This document shows positions 36,001 to 45,998 of a stretch of DNA of 50,893 bases, piece by piece. Position numbers and translations under genes: made by a program. The first letter of the stretch is position 1. Each line of letters begins with the position of its first letter. The stretch lies in the NCBI GenBank assembly GCA_036149055.1, contig JAYZQJ010000190.1, positions 1-50,893 of the forward strand, given 5' to 3'. Below the pieces are notes generated by a model. The model did not search any database. It worked only from the letters and a program-made list of their open reading frames with translations, and was not told the DNA's origin. This DNA comes from Myxococcota bacterium. GTDB lineage: Bacteria > Myxococcota_A > Polyangia > Polyangiales > Sandaracinaceae.

Positions 36001-36195
36001 GCGGGCGGCGCGATCTATCTCCAGGTCCGCTCGGCGACCCTGGGGTCCGGCCTCGTCACCGCGGCCGGCGGGCCGGGCGCCGACGACCCGGTCAACTGCG
36101 GCACCGCGGGCGGCGCGGGCGGCGTCGGCCGCATCACCGTGAGCGCCGGCGCCAGCGTGACCGGCACCACGACCCCGCCGTTCTTCCAGCCCTGA
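33091..36195 (+). CDS. Cys-rich repeat surface lipoprotein with C-terminal Gly-rich domain (paralog B)
   Basis: GGAGG SD (start GTG 33091 or ATG 33097); lipobox LATGC; about 8 units of the same 51-aa repeat; C-terminal domain homologous to paralog A. Confidence 0.88.
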   Translation: MDMRRLGGRSGRAAAWGVLAALTLLATGCGVSSMDDDAGGDGSLACGAAERLCDGACVDVSSDPSHCGSCGAACGADEVCAGGACATSCPPGQTPCDGGCFDLDVTRAHCGGCGVACADGELCSGGACGLSCGGDTPSLCGGACVDTTRDRLHCGGCDVACGAGELCVDGACATRCPAGQIACDGRCVDPESDRAYCGAGADCAGGVECGAGEVCVTGACATSCPSGQVDCGGRCVDPATDRAFCGASGDCTGADAGATCGAGEVCAAGVCAVSCPSGQIECDGACVDPSTDRAFCGASGDCAGANAGASCGAGEVCVAGGCATSCPSGQVACGGRCVDPATDPTFCGATGDCAGANAGDTCVAGEVCTAGLCATSCPAGQVACGGRCVDPATDPTYCGASGDCSGASAGSPCMSGEVCAAGTCAVRCPSGQIECGGRCVDPTLDPVYCGASGDCAGPDAGTPCAAGEACASGVCSVRCPAGQVQCGGRCVSPESDPMYCGAAGDCVGVNAGASCAAGEVCAAGVCELSCPSGQVACGGRCVDPDTDRAFCGASGDCAGPNAGVTCGAGEICGMGTCTTSCMAPFVDCGGSCVRTSSDPAHCGGCGVACPTPASSSAACLSGTCAFVCDSGFADCNLAAADGCEVDLGSDPSNCGTCGNTCAGSCIMGTCDGPGSDGALRVTSGSTIVNDVATSVDGTAGSPSLTLIDPAGFGAGDLVFIHQSQGAGAGRWEIRRIVGLTGGAATLDAPLDDSYSSMGMDRAQAVRMPELTDVTVESGGSLVAPPWDGATGGILAFDATGTVTVEAGGQIDMSAAGFRGVPRQAIPNQTGDQGEGQNGIGAIARGANGSGGGGGERTGCECCWGGSGAGGGHGARGADGNTGIGGGACQLGGVGGDAVGDPAQTVIFFGGAGGQGGADEDGHGSGGANGGGVLYISADALTVNGRVLSDGQPGDPELNVSGCGSGGGGGGAGGAIYLQVRSATLGSGLVTAAGGPGADDPVNCGTAGGAGGVGRITVSAGASVTGTTTPPFFQP

Positions 36196-36201
36196 GCCCT
36201 C

Positions 36202-36249
36202 GATCCGGGAGCGGGCCTCCGGGGCCCGCTCCCGCGCAGCTCCCGGATC
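36202..36249. terminator. GC-rich hairpin between convergent genes (probable bidirectional terminator)
   Basis: CGGGAGCGGGCC..GGCCCGCTCCCG stem, with an alternative GATCCGGGA/TCCCGGATC pairing; no U-tract. Confidence 0.45.
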
Positions 36250-37938
36250 CTAGATGAGGATCGGAGTGCTGCCGGCGGGCACCACGATGACGACCTCGCG
36301 GGTGTCGAGCTCGGCGACGCCGTTCCCGAGCACCACGATCTCGGCCAGGAACACCTGCGCGAAGCTCTGCGGCTCCTGGAAGTCGTTCCGGAACCGGACG
36401 CGGAAGGTGACGGTGTTCCCCGGGGTCACGCCGTAGAAGACGCGGTCGTCGCAGCGGCCGGCGGTCGGGCAGGAGACCGGGGTGCCGGCGTCGACCATCG
36501 ACACCGGGGTGATCGCCTTGATGAAGAGGGTGGCGTCGACCGGGCCCACGGTGTCCGGGCGGTCTTCGCCGTCGCGGGCGCCGCCGCTGATGTCCTGCGG
36601 CGTCTCCTCGGCGAGGGTGCGGATCGCCTCGACGACGCGGGTGTCGAGCCCGCTGCCGTCCGAGGAGATGGTGAAGAGGATGGGGGCGCCGCTCGCGTCG
36701 ACGGTGCCGGTGTCGTTCGCCCAGGTGGTGAACTGCGAGACCGGGTTGCCGGCCTCGCTCCCGCTGATGATGCCGATCACCCGAGCGCCGATGCCGTTGA
36801 GGGCGCTGCGCGTCTCCTCGTAGGTGTGGGGGCCGCGCGGGCTCATCGTGAAGTCCGCCGGATCGTAGTTGGTGCTCGCGCCGGGGCCGTTCTTGCTCGC
36901 GGTGTCGGTCAGCGCGACCATGATCGGGAGCGAGCCGGGGCGGAAGCAGGGGTAGCCGTAGCGGCGCCCGTCCTCGTCCGGGACGGCCGGGCACATCTGC
37001 GGGCCGAGCCACGGCTGGAAGCCCTCGCCGGTCGACGCGAGGTACATCGACTCCGTGCTCGAGGCCCAGTTGGCGCCGCCGTAGCTGATGTCGCCCAGGC
37101 GCCCGACCGCGGTCTGCATGGTCGGCAGGTCGGTGGTGATGGTCTGCACGAGCTCGAACGGCATGTCGCCGTCGGGGCCGTCGTTGCAGGTCTCGATGCC
37201 GAAGATGGTCATGCAGCCGCCGCTGCCGCGTCCGCCGAAGCCCGCGAACGCCCCGAAGCCGACGCCGACGTCGGTGAGGGTGGTGGTCAGCGACGCCACG
37301 ATGGTGCTCAGGCTCGACTCGAGGTTGCGCGCCTCCTCGTCCATGGAGCCGGTGCGGTCCATCATGAAGAACACGTCGGCCTTGCGGAGCGTCGTGCCGA
37401 ACACCAGCTCGCGCTCCTCGGCCTCGCCGTCGAAGGGCAGGACCACGAAGAAGGTCTCGTCCGGGATCCGGTCCGACGCGTCGTTGGGATCGTGGCCGGT
37501 GGCGACCTCCGCGAGGTCGATGAAGCCGTCGCCGTCGGTGTCGTCGTTGCGCGGGTCGGTGAAGTAGCGGGTGCGCTCTTCTTCGTCGCTCAGGCCGTCG
37601 CCGTCCGAGTCGAGGTCGAGGTAGTCGGCGATCCCGTCACCGTCGAGGTCGACGGCCGCGCAGCCGTCGTCCGTCCCGTGCTCCTCGGCGTCGGAGAAGC
37701 CGTCCCCGTCGCTGTCGTCGTCGAGGTAGTTGGGCGTGCCGTCGCCCTCCCAGTCGGCCGACGTCTCGAACTCGTCGAAGATTCCGTCGCCGTCCGTGTC
37801 GGTCTCGCTCTCGCAGCGGACCGTCAGGCCGCCGTCGTTGCGGCCGCCGCCGCCGCTGTCGCCGGTGCCGGGGGTTCCGACCTCGCAGCCGGCGAGGAGG
37901 GTGAGCGAGAGGAGAAGTGCTGCATGATCTCGTGACAC
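36250..37938 (-). CDS. Lipoprotein with DxDxDG Ca-binding repeats and a vWA domain
   Basis: GGAGG SD before GTG; lipobox LLAGC; DTDGDG/DSDGDG repeats; ADVFFMMDRTGSM (MIDAS variant); CFRPGSLPIMVALTD. Confidence 0.82.
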   Translation of the reverse strand: MSRDHAALLLSLTLLAGCEVGTPGTGDSGGGGRNDGGLTVRCESETDTDGDGIFDEFETSADWEGDGTPNYLDDDSDGDGFSDAEEHGTDDGCAAVDLDGDGIADYLDLDSDGDGLSDEEERTRYFTDPRNDDTDGDGFIDLAEVATGHDPNDASDRIPDETFFVVLPFDGEAEERELVFGTTLRKADVFFMMDRTGSMDEEARNLESSLSTIVASLTTTLTDVGVGFGAFAGFGGRGSGGCMTIFGIETCNDGPDGDMPFELVQTITTDLPTMQTAVGRLGDISYGGANWASSTESMYLASTGEGFQPWLGPQMCPAVPDEDGRRYGYPCFRPGSLPIMVALTDTASKNGPGASTNYDPADFTMSPRGPHTYEETRSALNGIGARVIGIISGSEAGNPVSQFTTWANDTGTVDASGAPILFTISSDGSGLDTRVVEAIRTLAEETPQDISGGARDGEDRPDTVGPVDATLFIKAITPVSMVDAGTPVSCPTAGRCDDRVFYGVTPGNTVTFRVRFRNDFQEPQSFAQVFLAEIVVLGNGVAELDTREVVIVVPAGSTPILI

Positions 37939-38043
37939 GGAAAAGACCTCCGTCCGCGAGAGTAGCGGCGCGCGTGCGCGCGAGCGTCGCGCTCGTGAGC
38001 CACCTCACCGGATCGCCGGGGTTCGCCGCGCGCCGCGTCGCGC

Positions 38044-38766
38044 TTAAGAGCGCTGTAAGCGCTCGAGGGCCTCGGCGGGGGAGAGCGCGAAGCTCCACGT
38101 CCCTCGCCGCGTGGGCTTCTCGAGGCTCTGGTGCAGGCGCGCCAGGAACGAGCCGCGCGCGACGCGACAGGCGCCGAGGCTCTCGAGGTGCCGCGTGTGC
38201 ACCTGACAGTCGACCAGGTCGAAGCCCCACTCGCAGAGGTTCCCCATGAGCGTCACGAAGGCGATCTTCGAGGCGTCGGGGCGCGCGGCGAACATCGACT
38301 CCCCGAAGAACACGCCGCCCAGCGAGACGCCGTAGACGCCGCCGACCAGCTCGTCGTCCTCCCACGCCTCGACGCTGTGCGCGAAGCCGCGCGCGTGCAG
38401 CTCCTCGTAGCCGGAGATGAGCTCGTCCGTGATCCAGGTGCCCGACTGGCCTGGCCGCGGCACGTCGGCGCACGCGCAGATCACCTCGTCGAACGCGGTG
38501 TCGACGGTGATCCGGTAGGGGCTGCGGCGGAGCTGCTTGCGCAGCGTCCGGTTCACCAAGGTGTCTTCGGGGCGGAGCACGAAGCGCGGGTCGGGGGAGA
38601 ACCAGAGGAGCGGGAAGCCCTCGGTCGGCCAGGGGAAGATCCCCTGGCTGTAGGCGAGCAGGAGGCGCTCCGGCGCGAAGTCGCCGCCGATGGCCACCAC
38701 TCCCTCGGGAGAGGCGCCCTCCGGCGGCGGGAAGAGGAGCTCGTCGGTGAGGAGGTACACGGGCAT
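38044..38766 (-). CDS. aat: Leucyl/phenylalanyl-tRNA--protein transferase
   Basis: GGD..PERLLLAYSQGIFPW, WFSPDPR, TWIT, AHSVEAW, GESMF..DASK and DCQVHTRHLESLGA. Confidence 0.97.
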   Translation of the reverse strand: MPVYLLTDELLFPPPEGASPEGVVAIGGDFAPERLLLAYSQGIFPWPTEGFPLLWFSPDPRFVLRPEDTLVNRTLRKQLRRSPYRITVDTAFDEVICACADVPRPGQSGTWITDELISGYEELHARGFAHSVEAWEDDELVGGVYGVSLGGVFFGESMFAARPDASKIAFVTLMGNLCEWGFDLVDCQVHTRHLESLGACRVARGSFLARLHQSLEKPTRRGTWSFALSPAEALERLQRS

Positions 38767-38775
38767 CGCGGCCCG

Positions 38776-41031
<2,256 letters not shown>

Positions 41032-41059
41032 GCCTGGCTCCGGGAGTGTCGTTCGCCTC

Positions 41060-41395
41060 TCATGACTCTTCCTCGTCGTCCTCCGGCTCCATCGTCAGCC
41101 GGAGTGGGTATTCGCGCTCGCGCGCCATCTGCTCGACCTTCTGGACCTTGGTCTCGGCGACCTCGCGGGTGAAGACACCCGCCACGCCCACGCCGTTGTA
41201 GTGCACGTGCAGCATGATGCGCACCGCGGTCGTCTCCGAGTGGTGGAAGACCTGCTGCAGGACCTCCACCACGAACTCCCGCGTCGTGTAGTCGTCGTTG
41301 TGCACGAGGACCCGGTACATCCGGGGCTTCTTGACGCGCGTCTCCCGCTTGGTCTCGGTGATGACGCCGTCGTCGTCGTTCCACTTCTCCGCCAT
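41060..41395 (-). CDS. clpS: ATP-dependent Clp protease adaptor ClpS
   Basis: PRMYRVLVHNDDYTTREFVVEVL, IMLHVH..G and REVAETKV..YPL; start MAEKW at 41395. Confidence 0.96.
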   Translation of the reverse strand: MAEKWNDDDGVITETKRETRVKKPRMYRVLVHNDDYTTREFVVEVLQQVFHHSETTAVRIMLHVHYNGVGVAGVFTREVAETKVQKVEQMAREREYPLRLTMEPEDDEEES

Positions 41396-41415
41396 CGATT
41401 CGTCTGGGTCCAAGG

Positions 41416-41454
41416 GGGCGCCGACCCGGGTCCGGGTCGAGCGCCGCAATTGTA
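41416..41454 (-). promoter_or_regulatory. Candidate clpS promoter -10 and 5' leader hairpin
   Basis: TACAAT on the minus strand (41449-41454), followed by the hairpin CGACCCGG-ac-CCGGGTCG. Confidence 0.45.
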
Positions 41455-41492
41455 GGTAGGTCGGGGTCCCTCTGCACCTGCCCGATCGGGCA

Positions 41493-41960
41493 TCAGCTCG
41501 CTTCGCTCGCCGCCCTGCGCGCTCGCTCCAGGGCTTCGGCCAGATCATAGGCCCCGAGGCCCCCGTACTGGGGCTCGATCTCCAGATCGTCCTGGTCCTC
41601 GATCTCCACCCGCACCACCAACCGCTCCTCGTCCACCTCGATGCCGTACACCCGGGCCCACGGGGCCTCGCGTCGGGCGCCTTCGCCCGAGAGGGTGACG
41701 CCTTCCGGGCCCAGCGCCACGAAGTGCTCCTCCGCGCGAGCCACCTTCCGGCGCGCCCGCGCGAACATCACGACCCAGGCGAGCACGGCGACCGCGCCGC
41801 CCAGCGCGCACAGCCAGGCGAAGAGGGGCGGCCGGAGCACCAGGAGGAGGGCGACCCCCAGGCCGGTGAAGAGGGCGGCCACGAGCCGGAGCCGCGCCAC
41901 GGCCTGCTCGCTCGGCACGTCGAGCGGCAGGTGGCGGAAGGGATCGGGCTCGGGATCCAT
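41493..41960 (-). CDS. Hypothetical membrane protein (2 TM + PH-like beta domain)
   Basis: ATG overlaps the upstream stop (TGATG); two hydrophobic helices, then LGPEGVTL..APWARVYGIEV. Confidence 0.7.
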   Translation of the reverse strand: MDPEPDPFRHLPLDVPSEQAVARLRLVAALFTGLGVALLLVLRPPLFAWLCALGGAVAVLAWVVMFARARRKVARAEEHFVALGPEGVTLSGEGARREAPWARVYGIEVDEERLVVRVEIEDQDDLEIEPQYGGLGAYDLAEALERARRAASEAS

Positions 41961-42328
41961 CAAAAGGCGACGACGCGGGCGAAGAACCTCGCGCTGGTCT
42001 CGTTGCGCACGGTGAGCGTGGTGTCGTCGGCCTCGATGAATCGCGCGAGATCCCCCGCGGCGAGAGCCGGCTCTTCGCCCGACGACTCGAACGAGAGGTA
42101 GACGAGCACCGTGCGCGGCGTGCGCCCGAGCCCGTGCTCCACCTCGATCGTCGCGCGCGGCGGGTAGGGCAGCCACTCGGTGCCCGTCCAGGGCATGCTC
42201 TCCCACACCCCGTCCTCGACGCTCGCCGCGGCCAGCTCGGGCGCGTCCGCCGGGTAGACGATCATGTCGCCCGTCGGCAGGCCGCAGCCGACGAGGAAGA
42301 TCGCGAAGGCCTGGAGCGCGCGGATCAC
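41960..42328 (-). CDS. Small hypothetical lipoprotein
   Basis: GTG overlaps the cobA/hemD stop; lipobox FLVGC; EHGLGRTPRTVLVYLSF. Confidence 0.7.
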   Translation of the reverse strand: MIRALQAFAIFLVGCGLPTGDMIVYPADAPELAAASVEDGVWESMPWTGTEWLPYPPRATIEVEHGLGRTPRTVLVYLSFESSGEEPALAAGDLARFIEADDTTLTVRNETSARFFARVVAF

Positions 42329-43854
42329 GCTCGAGCCTCCGCGTACGCGCGCAGCGCCTCGACCAGCCCCCGGGCCGTGTAGTCGTCGGGGGTCACGTGC
42401 ACCGGCCAGCCGCGCTCCTCGGCCGCCGCCTGCGTGATCGGACCGATGCACGCCACGGTGAAGCCCTCCCGAACCGCGTCGGCGTGATCGCCGAGCGCGA
42501 CCGCGACCTCGCGGACGGTCGAAGGTGAGGTGAAGGTCAGCACGTCGATCTTCCGGTTGTGGATGAGGTCGCGCAGGCGCGCCGCGTCTTCGTCCGAGGC
42601 GCCGACCGTGCGGTACGCGGGCGTCACGTCCACCTCTGCCCCCGCCTCGCGGAGCAGCTCGGGCAGCGCCTCGCGCGCGACCTCCGCCCGGGGGAGCAGC
42701 ACGCGCGCGGTCGCGAGGTCCGGCTCCGCGTCGATCACGGCCTCGGCCGCGCCCTCGCCCCGGAACTCCTCGGGCATCACGTCCGGCCGGACGCCGTAGC
42801 CGGCGCAGGCCTCGGCGGTCGCCGGCCCGATCGCGCAGATCTTCGCGCCGCCGAGCGCGCGGGCGTCCTTGCCCTGACGCTCGATCTCCTCGAAGAGGGC
42901 GCGCACGCCGTTGGCGCTGGTGAGCACGATCCAGCGATAGCGCGAGATCTCGCGCACCGCCTCCTCGAGCGGCCCGGGGTCTTTGGGCGGCAGGATCCGG
43001 ATCGCCGGCACCGTCACCGGCTCGGCGCCCTCGTCGCGCAGCAGCCGCGCCATCTCGTCGTTCTGATGGGCGGGCCGCGTCACCAGCACCCGCTGCCCGA
43101 AGAGTGGCAGGGTGTCGTACCAGCGGAGGGTCTCGCGCAGCTCCACCACCGCGCCGACGATGGTGAGGGCGGGCAGCCCGATGCCGGCGGCCCGGGCCTT
43201 CTCGGCGATGTCGCCCACCGTGCCGACGACGGTGCGCTGCCGAGGGAGCGAGGCCCACTGGATCACCGCGGCCGGGGTGTCGGCGGGGCGCCCGTTCTCC
43301 ATCAGGAGCTGCATGAGCGAGGGCAGCTTGCGCATGCCCATGAAGATCACGAGCGTCTCGGGCCCGGTCGCGAGCTTCGCCCAGTCGTGGCTGCTGCGGT
43401 CCTTCTCCTTCGACTCGGTCGCGGTGAGGTAGGCGACCGAGCTCGAGCGGGTGCGGTGGGTGAGGGAGAGGCCCCCGTAGGCGGTCGCGGCCATCGGCGA
43501 GGGGACGCCCGGCACGACCTCGAACGGGATGCCCTCGCGCGCCAGGGTCTCGGCCTCCTCGGAGCCGCGGCCGAAGAGGTAGGGGTCGCCGCCCTTGAGG
43601 CGCGCGACGACCTTGCCGGCCCGCGCGGCCTCGACCATGCGCTCGTCGATCCGCTGCTGCCGCTCCGACGGTCGACCGGCGCGCTTGCCGACGAAGACGA
43701 TCTCGGCGCCGGGCTTCGCGTGCGCGAGCAGCTCCGGGTGCACGAGCGCGTCGTAGAGCACGAGGTCGGCCTCGGCGAGGCGGCGCAGGGCGCGCGCGGT
43801 GATCAGCTCCGGGTCGCCGGGCCCGGCGCCGAGCAGATGGACCTTGCCGGTCAT
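42325..43854 (-). CDS. cobA: Uroporphyrinogen-III C-methyltransferase / uroporphyrinogen-III synthase fusion (CobA-HemD)
   Basis: GKVHLLGAGPGDPELIT, RLKGGDPYLFGRG and VVPGV; then PLFGQRVLVTRP, TSANGV, AIGPATA and FTSPSTV. Confidence 0.95.
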   Translation of the reverse strand: MTGKVHLLGAGPGDPELITARALRRLAEADLVLYDALVHPELLAHAKPGAEIVFVGKRAGRPSERQQRIDERMVEAARAGKVVARLKGGDPYLFGRGSEEAETLAREGIPFEVVPGVPSPMAATAYGGLSLTHRTRSSSVAYLTATESKEKDRSSHDWAKLATGPETLVIFMGMRKLPSLMQLLMENGRPADTPAAVIQWASLPRQRTVVGTVGDIAEKARAAGIGLPALTIVGAVVELRETLRWYDTLPLFGQRVLVTRPAHQNDEMARLLRDEGAEPVTVPAIRILPPKDPGPLEEAVREISRYRWIVLTSANGVRALFEEIERQGKDARALGGAKICAIGPATAEACAGYGVRPDVMPEEFRGEGAAEAVIDAEPDLATARVLLPRAEVAREALPELLREAGAEVDVTPAYRTVGASDEDAARLRDLIHNRKIDVLTFTSPSTVREVAVALGDHADAVREGFTVACIGPITQAAAEERGWPVHVTPDDYTARGLVEALRAYAEARA

Positions 43855-43923
43855 GGCGGCGCAGCATAGCCGACCGTCGAAAAGTTGCCCCCCGCGATCC
43901 GGCCCGTGTATCCGAGGGGAGTC

Positions 43924-44865
43924 ATGGACTCGCTCCCCGGTGGTGCAGCGCTCGCTCGAGGCCTCCTGGTGCTGGCCCGCGCGGGGCGGAGCGGGGTCTT
44001 GACGGTGCAGAGTGGAGAGGTGACCGCGCGCGTCGGCGTGAACAAAGGCCGCGTGGTCGCGATGAGAGTGGACCCCGAGGACGGAGACTCGCTCGGAGAC
44101 GCCCTGCGACGGATGGGCGCCTGGGACGAAGAGGCGGCGACCGCGCACGGTCCACCGGCTCCGGGTGAGGCGCTGGGGACGTGGGCGGTGAGGGTCGGCG
44201 CGACCACGGACGCGGCGCTGAGCCTCGCGCTCCGCAAGCAGCTGCAGCGTCGCATCGCGCGCCTGTTCGCGATCGATCCGCCGGAGCTGCGCCTCCGGCC
44301 CGGGTCGCTCGACGTCGGCGTGCCGCAGCTCGCCGAGCCCCCGACCACCGCGGAGCTGATCGTCGGCGCGCTCCGCGACCGGGTCGCCGCGCAGCCGCTG
44401 CTCTCGGCGAGGCGGCGGCTCGGGGACGGCATCCTCGTGGTGACGCCGCTGGGCAAGGAGCTGCTCGAGGGCGCGGTGCTCTGGCCGGACGAGCAGGCGA
44501 TGCTGCCGCTGCTCGAGCGGGGCGCGAGCGTCGACGCGCTGGTGGCCGCGAGCCAGGGATCGGCGCGCGCGCAGCGCACGCTCTACGCGCTCCGCATGAT
44601 CGACGCGTGCGGACCTCCGGAGCCGCGAGAGGGCTACGCCGTGCTCCTCCGCAAGACGCGTCAGCTCAAGCGCGCCGCCCGCGCCGCGGAGCTCCTCGAG
44701 CTGAGCCCGGGCGCGCGCCAGGGAGACGCCCGCAAAGCCCTCCGCAAGCTCGCGCGCGCCGTGCACCCCGATCGCTTCGGTACCAGCGCCCCCGCCGCGA
44801 TCCGCTCCGCCTCCCAGCAGGTCATGAGCGCGCTCAACCGCGCTTCGCATGACCTCGGCTCGTAG
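43924..44865 (+). CDS. DUF4388-like N-terminal domain + C-terminal J-domain protein
   Basis: RSGVLTV..GRVVA N-terminal motif; C-terminal LLEL..ARKALRKLARAVHPDRF..LNRASHDL. Confidence 0.75.
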   Translation: MDSLPGGAALARGLLVLARAGRSGVLTVQSGEVTARVGVNKGRVVAMRVDPEDGDSLGDALRRMGAWDEEAATAHGPPAPGEALGTWAVRVGATTDAALSLALRKQLQRRIARLFAIDPPELRLRPGSLDVGVPQLAEPPTTAELIVGALRDRVAAQPLLSARRRLGDGILVVTPLGKELLEGAVLWPDEQAMLPLLERGASVDALVAASQGSARAQRTLYALRMIDACGPPEPREGYAVLLRKTRQLKRAARAAELLELSPGARQGDARKALRKLARAVHPDRFGTSAPAAIRSASQQVMSALNRASHDLGS

Positions 44866-44885
44866 AACTCCCGTTCGGCTCCCTC

Positions 44886-45272
44886 CTCCCTACTCGCAGG
44901 AAGCGAGGAAAGAAGGAAGCGAGGAGGAAGAGTAATGGGCCGGCTCGCGGCTCGGTGAACGCGCGCGGCTCGGCTGCTCGTCGGCGCCTCGTCCTCTCCC
45001 TACTCGCAGGAAGCGAGGAAAGAAGGAAGCGAGGAGGAAGAGACGGGCGGGCTCGCGGGTCGGTGAACGCGCGCGGCTCGGCTGCTCGTCGGCCCCTCGT
45101 CCTCTCCCGACTCGCAGGAAGCGAGGAAAGAAGGAAGCGAGGAGGAAGAGTAATGGCGGGCTCGCGGGTCGGTGAACGCGCGCGGCTCGGCTGCTCGTCG
45201 GCGCCTCGTCCTCTCCCATGAAGCGAGGAAGGGAGGAAGCGAGGAGGAAGAGTAATGGGCGGGCTCGCAGCT
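44886..45272 (+). repeat. Non-coding tandem array L: about 110-bp unit, 4 purine-rich cores
   Basis: ACTCGCAGGAAGCGAGGAAAGAAGGAAGCGAGGAG at 44892, 45002 and 45110, plus a truncated copy at 45220. Confidence 0.92.
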
Positions 45273-45298
45273 CGACCGCCACCCGCACGACGGACGGG

Positions 45299-45998
45299 GC
45301 GGTCAGGTACAGGCGCTCGGGAGAGCTGGTGGGTCCGGCTCCGCTCCTCGCTTCCGACCTTCCTCGTTTCCCGCGAGTCGCGGCGGGTAGCCGGCCAGCA
45401 GGCGGTCGACGCTCGGGAGAGCTGGTTGGTCTGGCTCCGCTCCTCGCTTCCGACCTTCCTCGTTTCCCGCGAGTCGCAGCGGGTAGCCGGCCAGCAGCGG
45501 CTCGGGAGAGCTGGTGGGTCCGGCTCCGCTCCTCGCTTCCGACCTTCCTCGCTTCCCGCGAGTCGCGGCGGGTAGCGGGCCAGCAGCGCGGTCAGGGTCC
45601 AGGCGCTCGGCAGGGCTGGCCGGCCTGGCTCCGCTCCTCGCTTCCGACCTTCCTCGTTTCCCGCGAGTCGCGGCGGGCAGCCGGCCAGCAGCGCGGTCGA
45701 GGCTCGGGAGAGGTGGTTGGTCTGGCTCCGCTCCTCGCTTCCGACCTTCCTCGTTTCCCGCGAGTCGCGGCGGGTAGCCGGCCAGCAGCGCGGTCGAGGC
45801 TCGGGAGAGGTGGTTGGTCTGGCTGCGCTCCTCGCTTCCGACCTTCCTCGTTTCCTGCGAGTCGCGGCGGGTAGCCGGGCCGCAGAGCGGTCAGGTTCTA
45901 GCGGCTCGGCAGGGCTGGCGAGCCTGGCTGCGCTCCTCGCTTCCGACCTTCCTCGTTTCCCGCGAGTCGCGGCGGGTAGCGGGGCCGCAGCGGTCAGG
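45299..45998 (-). repeat. Non-coding tandem array R: 89-105-bp unit, 7 cores inverted relative to array L
   Basis: CTCCTCGCTTCCGACCTTCCTCGTTTCCCGCGAGTCG (+ strand) at 45344, 45440, 45529, 45634, 45731, 45828 and 45933. Confidence 0.92.

Noticed and set aside
42325..43854. CobA-HemD fusion as a novelty
   Set aside because: This fusion is common in Deltaproteobacteria and Firmicutes.
44886..45998. CRISPR or other guide-RNA array
   Set aside because: The segments between cores are homologous to each other rather than unique spacers, the two halves are inverted, and no cas or effector gene is present in the window.
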